Below, in pieces: positions 1 to 8,716 of a stretch of 64,000 nt of DNA. The stretch is taken from the NCBI GenBank assembly GCA_965222615.1, contig CBDCUI010000009.1:608001-672000 (forward strand). Reading direction: 5' to 3'. A model generated the notes under the pieces. The model ran no database searches, had not been told where the DNA came from, and worked only from the letters and a program-made list of their open reading frames with translations. How positions within the stretch are numbered: the stretch's first letter is position 1; the number at the start of each line of letters is the position of its first letter. This DNA comes from Gammaproteobacteria bacterium. GTDB taxonomy: Bacteria > Pseudomonadota > Gammaproteobacteria > UBA4575. A program made the translations under genes and the position numbers.

Positions 1-1
1 A

Positions 2-853
2 GACAAAGGTGCTTCAGAAAAGATGGGGATAGCCTTAAGCAAAATGGTTGCAGAAGATCCTTCTTTTCATGTTGCGACCGATGAAGACAGCGGTGAAACT
101 ATTCTTAAAGGCATGGGCGAACTGCACTTAGATATCAAAATCGATATTCTAAAACGCACACATAATGTAGAAGTAATTGCAGGGGCACCTCAAGTCGCAT
201 ACCGTGAAACCATCACGCAACGTATCGAAGACAGTTACACACATAAGAAACAATCTGGTGGTGCAGGACAATTCGGAAAAATTGACTATGTGCTTGAGCC
301 TGGAGAAGTGGGCAGTGGTTATCAATTTGAATCTAAAGTTACAGGCGGTAATGTACCGCGCGAATATTGGCCAGCTATCGAAAAAGGCTTTGGCAATATG
401 ATGGAAGTCGGTGTCCTGGCGGGCTACCCCTGTCTTGATGTTAAAGTTACTTTAATGGATGGAGCGTTTCATGCAGTGGACTCCTCAGCGATTGCATTTG
501 AACTTGCTTCCAAAGCGGCTTATCGGCAATCCATGCCCAAAGCAGCCCCACAAATTCTAGAACCTATTATGAAAGTGGATGTATTTACTCCGGAAGATCA
601 TGTCGGTGATGTGATCGGTGACCTCAATCGACGCCGTGGCATGATCAAATCCCAGGATGCCGGTACAACTGGCACGCGAGTAAAAGCGGATGTGCCTTTA
701 GCCGAAATGTTTGGTTATATTGGTGACCTGCGCACGATGACTTCAGGACGCGGACAGTTTTCTATGGAATTTTCACATTATCTACCCTGCCCTAAAAATG
801 TAGCTGATGAAGTAATCAAAGAAGCAAAAGAGCGCGCAGAAGCGAAATCATAA
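2..853 (+). CDS. fusA: Elongation factor G, C-terminal part (5' truncated by window edge)
   Basis: [50 protein letters not shown] motifs; frame open from position 2; no tuf follows, so probably a stand-alone EF-G paralog. Confidence 0.95.
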   Translation, partial: DKGASEKMGIALSKMVAEDPSFHVATDEDSGETILKGMGELHLDIKIDILKRTHNVEVIAGAPQVAYRETITQRIEDSYTHKKQSGGAGQFGKIDYVLEPGEVGSGYQFESKVTGGNVPREYWPAIEKGFGNMMEVGVLAGYPCLDVKVTLMDGAFHAVDSSAIAFELASKAAYRQSMPKAAPQILEPIMKVDVFTPEDHVGDVIGDLNRRRGMIKSQDAGTTGTRVKADVPLAEMFGYIGDLRTMTSGRGQFSMEFSHYLPCPKNVADEVIKEAKERAEAKS

Positions 854-955
854 TAAAGACTAAGCTTTCAGCATCGATACCAAGAGTTCATGAGCATTCT
901 CTAAAGATTGCACAAGTTTATGTTTTAGCTTAGAAAACTAAATGCAAATAGAGCA

Positions 956-1285
956 GTGCAGCCGCCTTTTGGTGCATTTAGTAAGAAGCAAATATTTTTT
1001 GTAACCAACTGGCATATGGTTTCGGACAGAAATTTTGAAACCAACAAACCCGTAAATACCGAAACCTGTGCCCTGACTGGTGAATTCATTATTCTCGGTC
1101 ATAGCAAACAGAGTCATATTTCACACCAGCCTTATGAATTCTCCACTGATCTTTATGATAAAAGCGGCAATAACACTTGGTGGGAACATTCCGTTTATGG
1201 AAGCAAAGTGGACGTAGTTGCCATCCTAGAAACTAAAATAAGTAATCGCTCTTATTCTTCTTCATCCAGCACACCAAAAAGTTGA
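956..1285 (+). CDS. Hypothetical protein (doubtful)
   Basis: 109-aa ORF with GTG start, no recognisable motif, overlaps convergent cytochrome b561 gene. Confidence 0.3.
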   Translation: MQPPFGAFSKKQIFFVTNWHMVSDRNFETNKPVNTETCALTGEFIILGHSKQSHISHQPYEFSTDLYDKSGNNTWWEHSVYGSKVDVVAILETKISNRSYSSSSSTPKS

Positions 1286-1785
1286 TGATATATGGCCACG
1301 CTAATATGTATTGCAAATAATGGATAGATGATGATTGATAGGGCGTAGTGAATTCCATTAGATGCTTCATATAAGAATTCATTATTATCCATAAACGCCG
1401 GAATCTTAAAGAAACTGAAAAATGGGATATCATGCCCCGCAAAGAATAAATTACACAACCCACAGAGACTCTGTGTTACAACCACAAAGTAAATCATTCT
1501 GTGCAAGAATATCGCTGCAAATTTTTGCCAATCAGGAAGACTGTAGGATGGAACGGGATTCAGATTCGTAGCACGCCAGCAGACCCTGAAAGACATCACT
1601 AACAGGAATAGTAAACCCCAGGAGGCGTGCTGCTCTATAAGGGTAGTTTTGTTTGAGCCTTCCTGAAGACCTTCAAAGTCATTGGCAGTAACTATCAATA
1701 TCACCAACAATATAACACTTGTCCAGTGTAAAATGCGGCCACCAAGCCCGTACTGGGTTCGGGTATTTCTGAACTTGATTGGCAT
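1252..1785 (-). CDS. Cytochrome b561 (CybB/YceJ family)
   Basis: RNTRTQYG..RILHW, HASWG, LHRMIY, H..AIYHQL heme-ligand His in four TM helices; start placed at ATG 1785. Confidence 0.85.
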   Translation of the reverse strand: MPIKFRNTRTQYGLGGRILHWTSVILLVILIVTANDFEGLQEGSNKTTLIEQHASWGLLFLLVMSFRVCWRATNLNPVPSYSLPDWQKFAAIFLHRMIYFVVVTQSLCGLCNLFFAGHDIPFFSFFKIPAFMDNNEFLYEASNGIHYALSIIIYPLFAIHISVAIYHQLFGVLDEEE

Positions 1786-1899
1786 ACAATATGAAAGCAC
1801 TCAGAGATTAGAGCTAAAATTTCACTCAGCCTGTTTCTTTTAATTACTCAAATTCTCTGCAATAAACTACTGATACTTTCTTGCAAGATCCCTACTCAT

Positions 1900-2358
1900 T
1901 TAATTACTGTGTTTGATAGTCGATCTTAAAATCAATATAGATCCCCTCCCAAACCCATAAGTAGTTACTATAAGACTAGTATACAAATACACATCGAATA
2001 CTGAATTGCCGATTGAATCAGGTGCAAAAGACTCTGATAAAGGATCAGTGGAGGGAAAAACTGCGAATATAAAAAACAAACTGGAATTGGTGAAGGCACC
2101 AACGACCATGGCCCAACGCACATGCCATGGTAAGGGAACGCGTGTCGCAAAGAAACCAAGGATTAATGCACTCATCAGTAAAAAATCGATATGTGCCTGT
2201 AATACACGACGAGGACTGCCTGAAAAAATCTCTTTTAGAAATCCGATATCATTATAAATACCAACCAGACTCCAGGCCAAAATCAAAGCCATCAATATCC
2301 ACAAACAGGCACCTCGAAGCATAACGACATTGCCGTTATTATTATCGCTCTGTAGCAT
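1900..2358 (-). CDS. Four-TM membrane protein, weakly StyC (styrene oxide isomerase)-like
   Basis: Four hydrophobic segments; GSPRRVLQAH resembles the GSPxxWxxAH segment of StyC as recalled. Confidence 0.5.
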   Translation of the reverse strand: MLQSDNNNGNVVMLRGACLWILMALILAWSLVGIYNDIGFLKEIFSGSPRRVLQAHIDFLLMSALILGFFATRVPLPWHVRWAMVVGAFTNSSLFFIFAVFPSTDPLSESFAPDSIGNSVFDVYLYTSLIVTTYGFGRGSILILRSTIKHSN

Positions 2359-2461
2359 AATTTCCCCATACTATTGCTGTGGTGTGACATATTATCCTGC
2401 AATAAGGCAAACCAAACTTTGCTTGGTAGGTGGTATTTTTTGACAAGATAGGTGATTAATA

Positions 2462-3481
2462 ATGAAACAATCGACATTGGCCAATGCAACCGGCTTTAAG
2501 ATCGATCCAACGGATAACTTGAGACGACTGGGCGGGCTGCGCTATACAACACAGGATCATCCAGCAGAACATCGCTTGGAATGGTTAACAGAAGTAATTG
2601 GAAAAGAATGGGCCGATGTTGAGATTATACCGCCCAAAGATAACAATATATTTAACGACATTTTGATTTATCCTTGGCGAAATGGGATGCGCCTGTCACC
2701 CATCCGTTCTAACCCAGTTTGTCTTTCTCGTATGCGTGAACCTATTAAGTCAACACATGATTGTTATAACGTGATCTTACTAACATCAGGCCAATACAAA
2801 CTGGAGCAAAGTGGACGCGAAGTTTTTCTGAAGCCAGGTGAATTAACACTATACGATGTCACTCAACCTCATCGCATTACCATACCAGACCAATTTTCTA
2901 AAATATTGATTTCGATACCACGATCTATATTGCGACATAGAGTTACAAATATAAATGATCTGAAGGCAACTCGTATTTCTACGAATCAAGGTATTGGTGC
3001 TGTTGTCGCATCCTTTATTTACTCAGTAGTCAATCAGTTGCATATGCTTGATCAAGGTCAATACATGGAATTAGCGGATCATGTTGTGGAATTATTTGCC
3101 TTGTCAACCACTTCACTTAATGATCAGTGTGGGTCAATTAGACTACACAGTAGTTTGGTATTAATGCGTGTGAAAGCGTACATCCATCATCATCTGGGTG
3201 ATTCTGAGCTTGATTCTTCTAGAATTGCTGGTGGTGTTGGCTTATCTGTCAGATATCTTAACAACTTGTTTAGTAAAGAAAGTACCTCATTAATGCAATA
3301 TGTAACGCAACAACGACTGGAATTAAGTCGACGATATTTAGCAAAGCGTATTTATGAAAAAGAATCGATAACGACTATCGCTATGCGCTGTGGATTTAAT
3401 AACATGGCACATTTCAGTCGTGTTTTTAAACAGGCCTATGGACTATCACCACGCGCGTATCGTCAAGCAAAAATGGATTAA
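2462..3481 (+). CDS. AraC-family regulator (FeaR/NitR-like)
   Basis: N-terminal cupin-type domain (LEQSGREVFLKPGELTLYD); C-terminal HTH (ITTIAMRCGFNNMAHFSRVFKQAYGLSPRAYR). Confidence 0.9.
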   Translation: MKQSTLANATGFKIDPTDNLRRLGGLRYTTQDHPAEHRLEWLTEVIGKEWADVEIIPPKDNNIFNDILIYPWRNGMRLSPIRSNPVCLSRMREPIKSTHDCYNVILLTSGQYKLEQSGREVFLKPGELTLYDVTQPHRITIPDQFSKILISIPRSILRHRVTNINDLKATRISTNQGIGAVVASFIYSVVNQLHMLDQGQYMELADHVVELFALSTTSLNDQCGSIRLHSSLVLMRVKAYIHHHLGDSELDSSRIAGGVGLSVRYLNNLFSKESTSLMQYVTQQRLELSRRYLAKRIYEKESITTIAMRCGFNNMAHFSRVFKQAYGLSPRAYRQAKMD

Positions 3482-3610
3482 TTTAATGAAATTAATGCGC
3501 TCGTTAAACTGAGCACACTTCAAAGATTCAATTTCACTAGCAGTAATATTGCCATCTGCATGTATTACATCTATGGCAGTCCGAGTACAAGCACCCTTTT
3601 TTATGTCTTA

Positions 3611-4219
3611 CTACTTGACCAATCCGTTTATCTTCGCAAAAGGATCCCAATTAGCTTCACTATGCCACTCATATTCGGTCCAAATTGCAATTTCTTCTGC
3701 AGCTTCGCGCCCCAAAATTTTTGCAATCACCGCTAATGACATATCTATGCCTGCAGACACGCCAGAAGATGTAAAAAACTTACCGTCCTCTACCCAACGT
3801 GCTTCCTTCTTCCATTTAACTTTGTCGCTTTGCGAAGTAGCCCACTCATATGCCCGTTTGTTCGTTGTCGCATGAATCCCATCCAATATCCCGGCTTTTG
3901 CTAGAAGTGCACTACCTGTACACACCGATGTGACATATTCTGATTTCGCTGACTGGATCCGAAGCCAATCGAGCAATATTTCATTATCAACTTCTGCGCG
4001 TGTACCTTTCCCCCCGGGTACAAGCAAGATGTCAAACTCATGTTCGTCATCCAATTTATAATCGGCGACCGACTTAGGCCCTTGACGGCTTGCTACTTCG
4101 CCTAATTTTTCTGCGATCATGCAAATTTCAAAACTCTCGGGAACCACTCCGTACATCTCCAGCGGTCCGAACACATCTAATAGCTCAAATTCATGGAAGA
4201 GGATGACACCTATTTTCAT
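3611..4219 (-). CDS. DJ-1/PfpI family protein (isonitrile hydratase-like)
   Basis: FELLDVFGP, LVPGG, SVCTGS catalytic Cys, TSSGVSAGIDM. Confidence 0.9.
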   Translation of the reverse strand: MKIGVILFHEFELLDVFGPLEMYGVVPESFEICMIAEKLGEVASRQGPKSVADYKLDDEHEFDILLVPGGKGTRAEVDNEILLDWLRIQSAKSEYVTSVCTGSALLAKAGILDGIHATTNKRAYEWATSQSDKVKWKKEARWVEDGKFFTSSGVSAGIDMSLAVIAKILGREAAEEIAIWTEYEWHSEANWDPFAKINGLVK

Positions 4220-4313
4220 TTAAAAATATTTATATCGTTAGTTAAATCTTTATCTTCACATATACGCAATTTCTCATTTAAACTAGCAGGCACTTTTCAC
4301 ACTAAGGCAAAAC

Positions 4314-4337
4314 GTCTAACAAAGTAAGTTGTTAGCA
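4314..4337 (-). repeat. Collapsed attC-like remnant (core sites only)
   Basis: Minus strand TGCTAAC-N10-GTTAGAC; both cores present but too short to be a complete attC. Confidence 0.35.
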
Positions 4338-4425
4338 CAATAGTGAATCATGGTCTTAATATTCTCCATGTTCTTCACAATGCAAGCAGTTTAAAAACAG
4401 ATGCTTTCTTCCATAATTCAAATAC

Positions 4426-4483
4426 ACCTAACGGTTGAATTCAGCGGGGTGCATTAGCGACCCACTGCGGTGGCTTGTTATAA
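4426..4483 (-). mobile_element. Integron attC site (58 bp)
   Basis: Minus strand TTATAAC-aagccaccgcag...gctgaattcaacc-GTTAGGT; imperfect palindrome downstream of the M23 gene; shares gctgaattcaaccgtta with the next attC. Confidence 0.8.
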
Positions 4484-4529
4484 GCCATTTTCACTATTAC
4501 CCGCACACTTAATTTAATTTTTCTTTTAA

Positions 4530-5273
4530 TCATTGGCTTCTTTGGTTGTTCTTAATAATTTCTCCCTGAATTGGCTCACCACGTTCGACAAATTTTCCAT
4601 TAGCATAGTAATTCTGAAACTGCGCAGGAAGTCCTTCGCCATCGAGCCAATTAGGGGTAGTTTGTAAATGATAATGTAGGTGGGGTAAGTTGGAATGCCC
4701 ACTATTGCCGCATTGTCCAATGGGATCTCCAGCCCTCACTTTGTCACCTTGCTTTACTAAAACTGAATCTTTCTTGAAATGTGCAAGCATAGAGAACTCC
4801 CCATTGAGATGATCAATGACGACATAATTACCTGGAATATCTTTTGTATTCTTTTTCCCAGGTATATTATCGAAAACTCCATCCTTTGTATCGACTACGA
4901 CTCCATCTCCTGGAGCAATGATCTGTCTGCCAAAGCAATAGTGATTTTCGTTCTTTTTATAATCATTACCTCGGTAAATTTCTAATTTTCCGGAAAGTGC
5001 TTTTTCAACTATTCCTTCAAGCTCAGGCGGAGAAGCGCCGGGAGCCGGCGCTACAATATCGATTGCGAACCTTTGGTCAACAACGTAAATATGATTCGGG
5101 TTTTGTTCTATTGTTCTCCCCCCGGTGCCTATGAGAGATTCACCCGTTAACGGAAAAATTAAATCTGTTTTTGTTTGGTAGTCGAGATAGCTGGTTGGTG
5201 CAGGCTTAATTACGCAGCCAAAAAAAGCTATGCTACCAATCAATAACCCCAATCGTTCAATTAACTTTTTCAT
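4530..5273 (-). CDS. M23-family metallopeptidase lipoprotein (gene cassette)
   Basis: Lipobox-like FFGC; GNYVVIDH, LAHF, GQCGNSGHSNLPHLHY. Confidence 0.85.
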   Translation of the reverse strand: MKKLIERLGLLIGSIAFFGCVIKPAPTSYLDYQTKTDLIFPLTGESLIGTGGRTIEQNPNHIYVVDQRFAIDIVAPAPGASPPELEGIVEKALSGKLEIYRGNDYKKNENHYCFGRQIIAPGDGVVVDTKDGVFDNIPGKKNTKDIPGNYVVIDHLNGEFSMLAHFKKDSVLVKQGDKVRAGDPIGQCGNSGHSNLPHLHYHLQTTPNWLDGEGLPAQFQNYYANGKFVERGEPIQGEIIKNNQRSQ

Positions 5274-5288
5274 TGTGTTACATTTTAC

Positions 5289-5346
5289 GTATAACGGTTG
5301 AATTCAGCCGGCTGCGTTAACGGTCGGCTAGAATGATTTGTTAGGC
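5289..5346 (-). mobile_element. Integron attC site (58 bp)
   Basis: Minus strand GCCTAAC-aaatcattctag...ctgaattcaacc-GTTATAC; VOC gene stop TAA lies inside the R'' core. Confidence 0.85.
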
Positions 5347-5700
5347 ATTACTACCAAGAAGTTGATAAAACGAAAGTAGATTGCCAAACGGGTCACTAAA
5401 CTCAAAATAATGGATTGTTTCTGGCACCGTTTCTATTTGCCCAGCATCTCTTCCAAGACTCAAAACTAACTCATGACTAAGCTCGATATTTTCGGTTTCA
5501 AGATTTAAACTTTTAGAACTGGATTCCTTAGTTTCCACCTCAAAAAGCTGTAACCAGAATGAAGGCATTACTTTCATTTCTATAATACCCTCCATTGGGC
5601 TTACTTCCTCAAGCTCGCCCAGTAGTTTACGATACCACTCAACAGCTCGATTTAGATCGGTGACAGGTAAGCCGATAGTTATACTATTAATTTTCATCAT
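5341..5700 (-). CDS. VOC/glyoxalase family protein (gene cassette)
   Basis: LPVTDLNRAVEWY and FEFSDPFGNLL motifs. Confidence 0.85.
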   Translation of the reverse strand: MMKINSITIGLPVTDLNRAVEWYRKLLGELEEVSPMEGIIEMKVMPSFWLQLFEVETKESSSKSLNLETENIELSHELVLSLGRDAGQIETVPETIHYFEFSDPFGNLLSFYQLLGSNA

Positions 5701-5722
5701 TAGTCCCCCTAGAGAAATTGAT

Positions 5723-5779
5723 GCCTAATGGCTGAGCTAACGGGTGTTGAGTACTATCGCGTGAAGTGTCAGATTAGGT
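5723..5779 (-). mobile_element. Degenerate attC site
   Basis: Minus strand ACCTAAT...ATTAGGC (57 bp), cores one base off RYYYAAC/GTTRRRY; TTAGGC complements the GCCTAA that ends the VOC cassette. Confidence 0.55.
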
Positions 5780-5913
5780 GATTTTAATAAAATCATATTT
5801 ATTTTTTTGGAATTAATAAACTACCTTAGGTATAAACATCCTAAGTATACCAGTCATCAGATATTGTCATATTAGTAAAGACATCAAATTAGTATTTAAG
5901 TATTGTAACTACA

Positions 5914-6438
5914 ATGAATAATCAGCCTGTAACAATGATGGGTGTACTTGCTTTTTTGTGGGGTATAGCTGGATTAATTTTATTACTCGGTTTTGCCAGT
6001 TGGCGCTTGTCTGCGTATACGATTGAATCTTTTTCAATGCCTTTAAATTGGATACATTGGATTGTATTCTTAGGCTTTAGCATTTTCATGGCGCATAGTG
6101 AAGGTTATAAAGGATTTCAAAAAAAGTTTTCGCCTCGCTTTGCCGCCCGCTGCAAATATTTGTTGCACAACACCAACCTATTACAACTGTTATTGGCTCC
6201 ACTTTTTTGCATGGGCTTCTTCCATGCACCAAAAAAGCGTGTCATCGCAACATTTGCTTTGACCATTATGATTATTATTTTCATTCTCACCTTTCGCTTA
6301 ATTCCTCAACCATGGAAAGGACTTCTCGATGCCGGCGTTGTAATTGGACTCATTTGGGGAATACTTTCTAGTTTATACTATTGTTTTAAAGCATTTACCG
6401 ACAATAATTTTGAATGGGATGCAGAAATTTCTGTCTAA
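5914..6438 (+). CDS. Membrane protein of unknown function
   Basis: Multi-TM ORF with MAHSEGYKGFQKKFSPR loop. Confidence 0.75.
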   Translation: MNNQPVTMMGVLAFLWGIAGLILLLGFASWRLSAYTIESFSMPLNWIHWIVFLGFSIFMAHSEGYKGFQKKFSPRFAARCKYLLHNTNLLQLLLAPLFCMGFFHAPKKRVIATFALTIMIIIFILTFRLIPQPWKGLLDAGVVIGLIWGILSSLYYCFKAFTDNNFEWDAEISV

Positions 6439-6470
6439 ATAAAAACTAATTTCTTGACGGAGGATACTTT

Positions 6471-6773
6471 ATGTTCATCGCAATGAATCGATTTAAAATC
6501 ATACCTGGATGCGAAGATGATTTTTTAGAAATTTGGAAAAATCGAGAAACCTTTCTTGATGAAGTACAGGGGTTTAAGGAATTCCATCTTTTAAGTGGGC
6601 CTACAACAGACGAATATAGTCTATTTGCTTCACACTCCATTTGGGAATCCAAACAAGCTTTTGAAAACTGGACTAAATCTGAAGCATTTCGCAAAGCCCA
6701 TGCTAATGCTGGAGATGCTAAGCCTGTTTATTTGGGTAAACCAGAATTTGAAGGCTTTGAGGTAGTTCTTTAA
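6471..6773 (+). CDS. ABM-family monooxygenase (heme-degrading HmoA/IsdG-like)
   Basis: MFIAMNRF, WESKQAFENWTKSEAFRKAH; GGAG SD. Confidence 0.85.
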   Translation: MFIAMNRFKIIPGCEDDFLEIWKNRETFLDEVQGFKEFHLLSGPTTDEYSLFASHSIWESKQAFENWTKSEAFRKAHANAGDAKPVYLGKPEFEGFEVVL

Positions 6774-6787
6774 TTTAAATCTGCACG

Positions 6788-7966
6788 ATGTTTTTAAAGA
6801 AATTAGTTTATTTATGCATACTTTTTATTGTATGCCAAATAAGCTTAGGCGCTAGCTCGCTTGAAAACTTAAAATCATTACCCTCTTCATCGCTTTTAGT
6901 TATCGATGAGAAAAAACAAACTATCCACGCTAAAGATATTCATAAACTGTATATACCGGCTTCGACTGTAAAGATCCTAACCGCATTAGTTGCATTAGAA
7001 CACTGGGGCAAGGAGCATCGATTTACAACTGATTTTTTCACCGATACAAAAGCTAATCATTTATGGGTTCGTGGTTATGGAGATCCATATTTAATTTCCG
7101 AAGAGTTAGACGTAATTGTCGAAAAACTAAAACAGGCAGACATTAGTGAATTAGAAGGGATTGGCGTTGATAGCACCTACTTTAGCAAAACAATTAAAAT
7201 AGATGGACAAGGAAAATCACTCAACCCCTATGACGCATCACTGAGTGCGGTAGCAGCAAACTTTAATACTATAAACGTAAGTGTCTATACCGATTCAATC
7301 AGCAGTAGTGAACCGCAAACACCATTAACACCACTTGCCGAAGAACTTGCACAAGGGTTATCTGTTGGTACACATCGAATAAATCTTGGCGATGTAGAAT
7401 ATGGCCCTAAGTATTTCGCTGAATTACTCAAGTCGAAACTGAACCGTGCTGGAATTCCCACTAATGATGTTTTTATAAGTGGTCAAATTTCAAATGACTT
7501 GCAACTATTATTCAAGCATCAAAATACTCATACATTAGAACAAGTCATTGCATCAATGCTGAAATTTTCGAATAATTTTATTGCTAATCAACTTTATTTA
7601 ATGCTTGGGGCTGAAGTCCACGATGCCCCAGCTACTATTGAAAAATCACAACTCGTTTTCGCAGATTATATTAAGCAAAATTTTTCTTGGAGCAAGTATA
7701 TGCTTGTTGAAGGAGCAGGACTATCAAGGTTAAATCAATTAAGCTCCAAACAATTGATTGATATATTAGAACGCTTTAAAACTTATCGTAATTTATTACC
7801 TACTCAATCTGAAAAGATTTTTGCGAAATCAGGAACGCTCAAAGATGTAAGTACCTATGCAGGCTATTTAAATCATCAAAATGAATGGCATAGTTTTGCA
7901 TTGATGATTAATCAAAAAGTACCATTTCACTTTAGAGAACAAGTTGCGGTTGAACTGCTTGAGTGA
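6788..7966 (+). CDS. dacB: D-alanyl-D-alanine carboxypeptidase/endopeptidase (PBP4, S13)
   Basis: PASTVK (SxxK), GYGDP, SNN, GAGLSR, KSGTL. Confidence 0.88.
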   Translation: MFLKKLVYLCILFIVCQISLGASSLENLKSLPSSSLLVIDEKKQTIHAKDIHKLYIPASTVKILTALVALEHWGKEHRFTTDFFTDTKANHLWVRGYGDPYLISEELDVIVEKLKQADISELEGIGVDSTYFSKTIKIDGQGKSLNPYDASLSAVAANFNTINVSVYTDSISSSEPQTPLTPLAEELAQGLSVGTHRINLGDVEYGPKYFAELLKSKLNRAGIPTNDVFISGQISNDLQLLFKHQNTHTLEQVIASMLKFSNNFIANQLYLMLGAEVHDAPATIEKSQLVFADYIKQNFSWSKYMLVEGAGLSRLNQLSSKQLIDILERFKTYRNLLPTQSEKIFAKSGTLKDVSTYAGYLNHQNEWHSFALMINQKVPFHFREQVAVELLE

Positions 7967-7973
7967 TTTATTT

Positions 7974-8567
7974 TTAAGCTACCCATTGTGCAAGATACGA
8001 ATCAATTAGATCATCGATAAGTATTTTATGATTTTTTTGGCTATCACTAAGACGCTGCTGGGCACCTAAAACTGTTATGCCATGTACACCACTCCATAAA
8101 ACTTGACCGGCTCTTTCTATTTCACTCGCGGACTTATTCGAATCAAGTTCCGCTAACAATGCGTTTAACAAATCAAATAACCTCTGAACTTTTTCTTCTA
8201 CCCAATCATAATCTTTCGTTATATCTAATTGAGAAGAAAACATCATTTCCCATACATGTGGTTGCTTATAAGCAAGCTTTAAATAAGTGTGCCCACAAAC
8301 ACGAATCTTTTCCAGAGGGCTATCGATATTTTTTATTGCCACTACGCAAGCTTTATACAGCTGATCTAAGGTTCGTGCATATATATGCATAAACAAATCA
8401 TTCACGTTGATATATAAGGTGTATAAAGTACCCACGGTATAGCCCATTTCTTTGGCAATTTGCCTGGCACTGATGTTTGCCATGGGCTTTTTAGCCAATA
8501 ACTGCTCGGTTTTATCTAAGGCCATGGCCAATAGTTCTTCCCTGCTGTGGTCATTTCTTCGTGCCAT
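7974..8567 (-). CDS. TetR-family regulator (WHG-like C-terminus)
   Basis: MARRNDHSREEL, ISARQIAKEMGYTVGTLY, LWSGVHGI; start moved to ATG 8567. Confidence 0.88.
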   Translation of the reverse strand: MARRNDHSREELLAMALDKTEQLLAKKPMANISARQIAKEMGYTVGTLYTLYINVNDLFMHIYARTLDQLYKACVVAIKNIDSPLEKIRVCGHTYLKLAYKQPHVWEMMFSSQLDITKDYDWVEEKVQRLFDLLNALLAELDSNKSASEIERAGQVLWSGVHGITVLGAQQRLSDSQKNHKILIDDLIDSYLAQWVA

Positions 8568-8611
8568 TGAGAACTTCATCAAAAAAAATCTTAAAGCCAT
8601 ATTGACATTTA

Positions 8612-8701
8612 ATTGAACATTGTTCAATATAGTATTTATTGAATGGTGTTCAATTAAGAGGCCGTTCATTTTTAAAGACATTTAATTAAACAATGTTCAA
8701 T
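8612..8701. promoter_or_regulatory. Three 17-bp palindromic operators (putative TetR sites)
   Basis: ATTGAACAtTGTTCAAT 8612-8628 (perfect), ATTGAATGgTGTTCAAT 8638-8654, ATTAAACAaTGTTCAAT 8685-8701 in the divergent intergenic region. Confidence 0.75.
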
Positions 8702-8716
8702 TAAAAGGAGCTCAAA

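Noticed and set aside
3611-4219. DJ-1 gene as a further integron cassette
   Set aside because: No attC-like RYYYAAC...GTTRRRY palindrome found after its stop codon.
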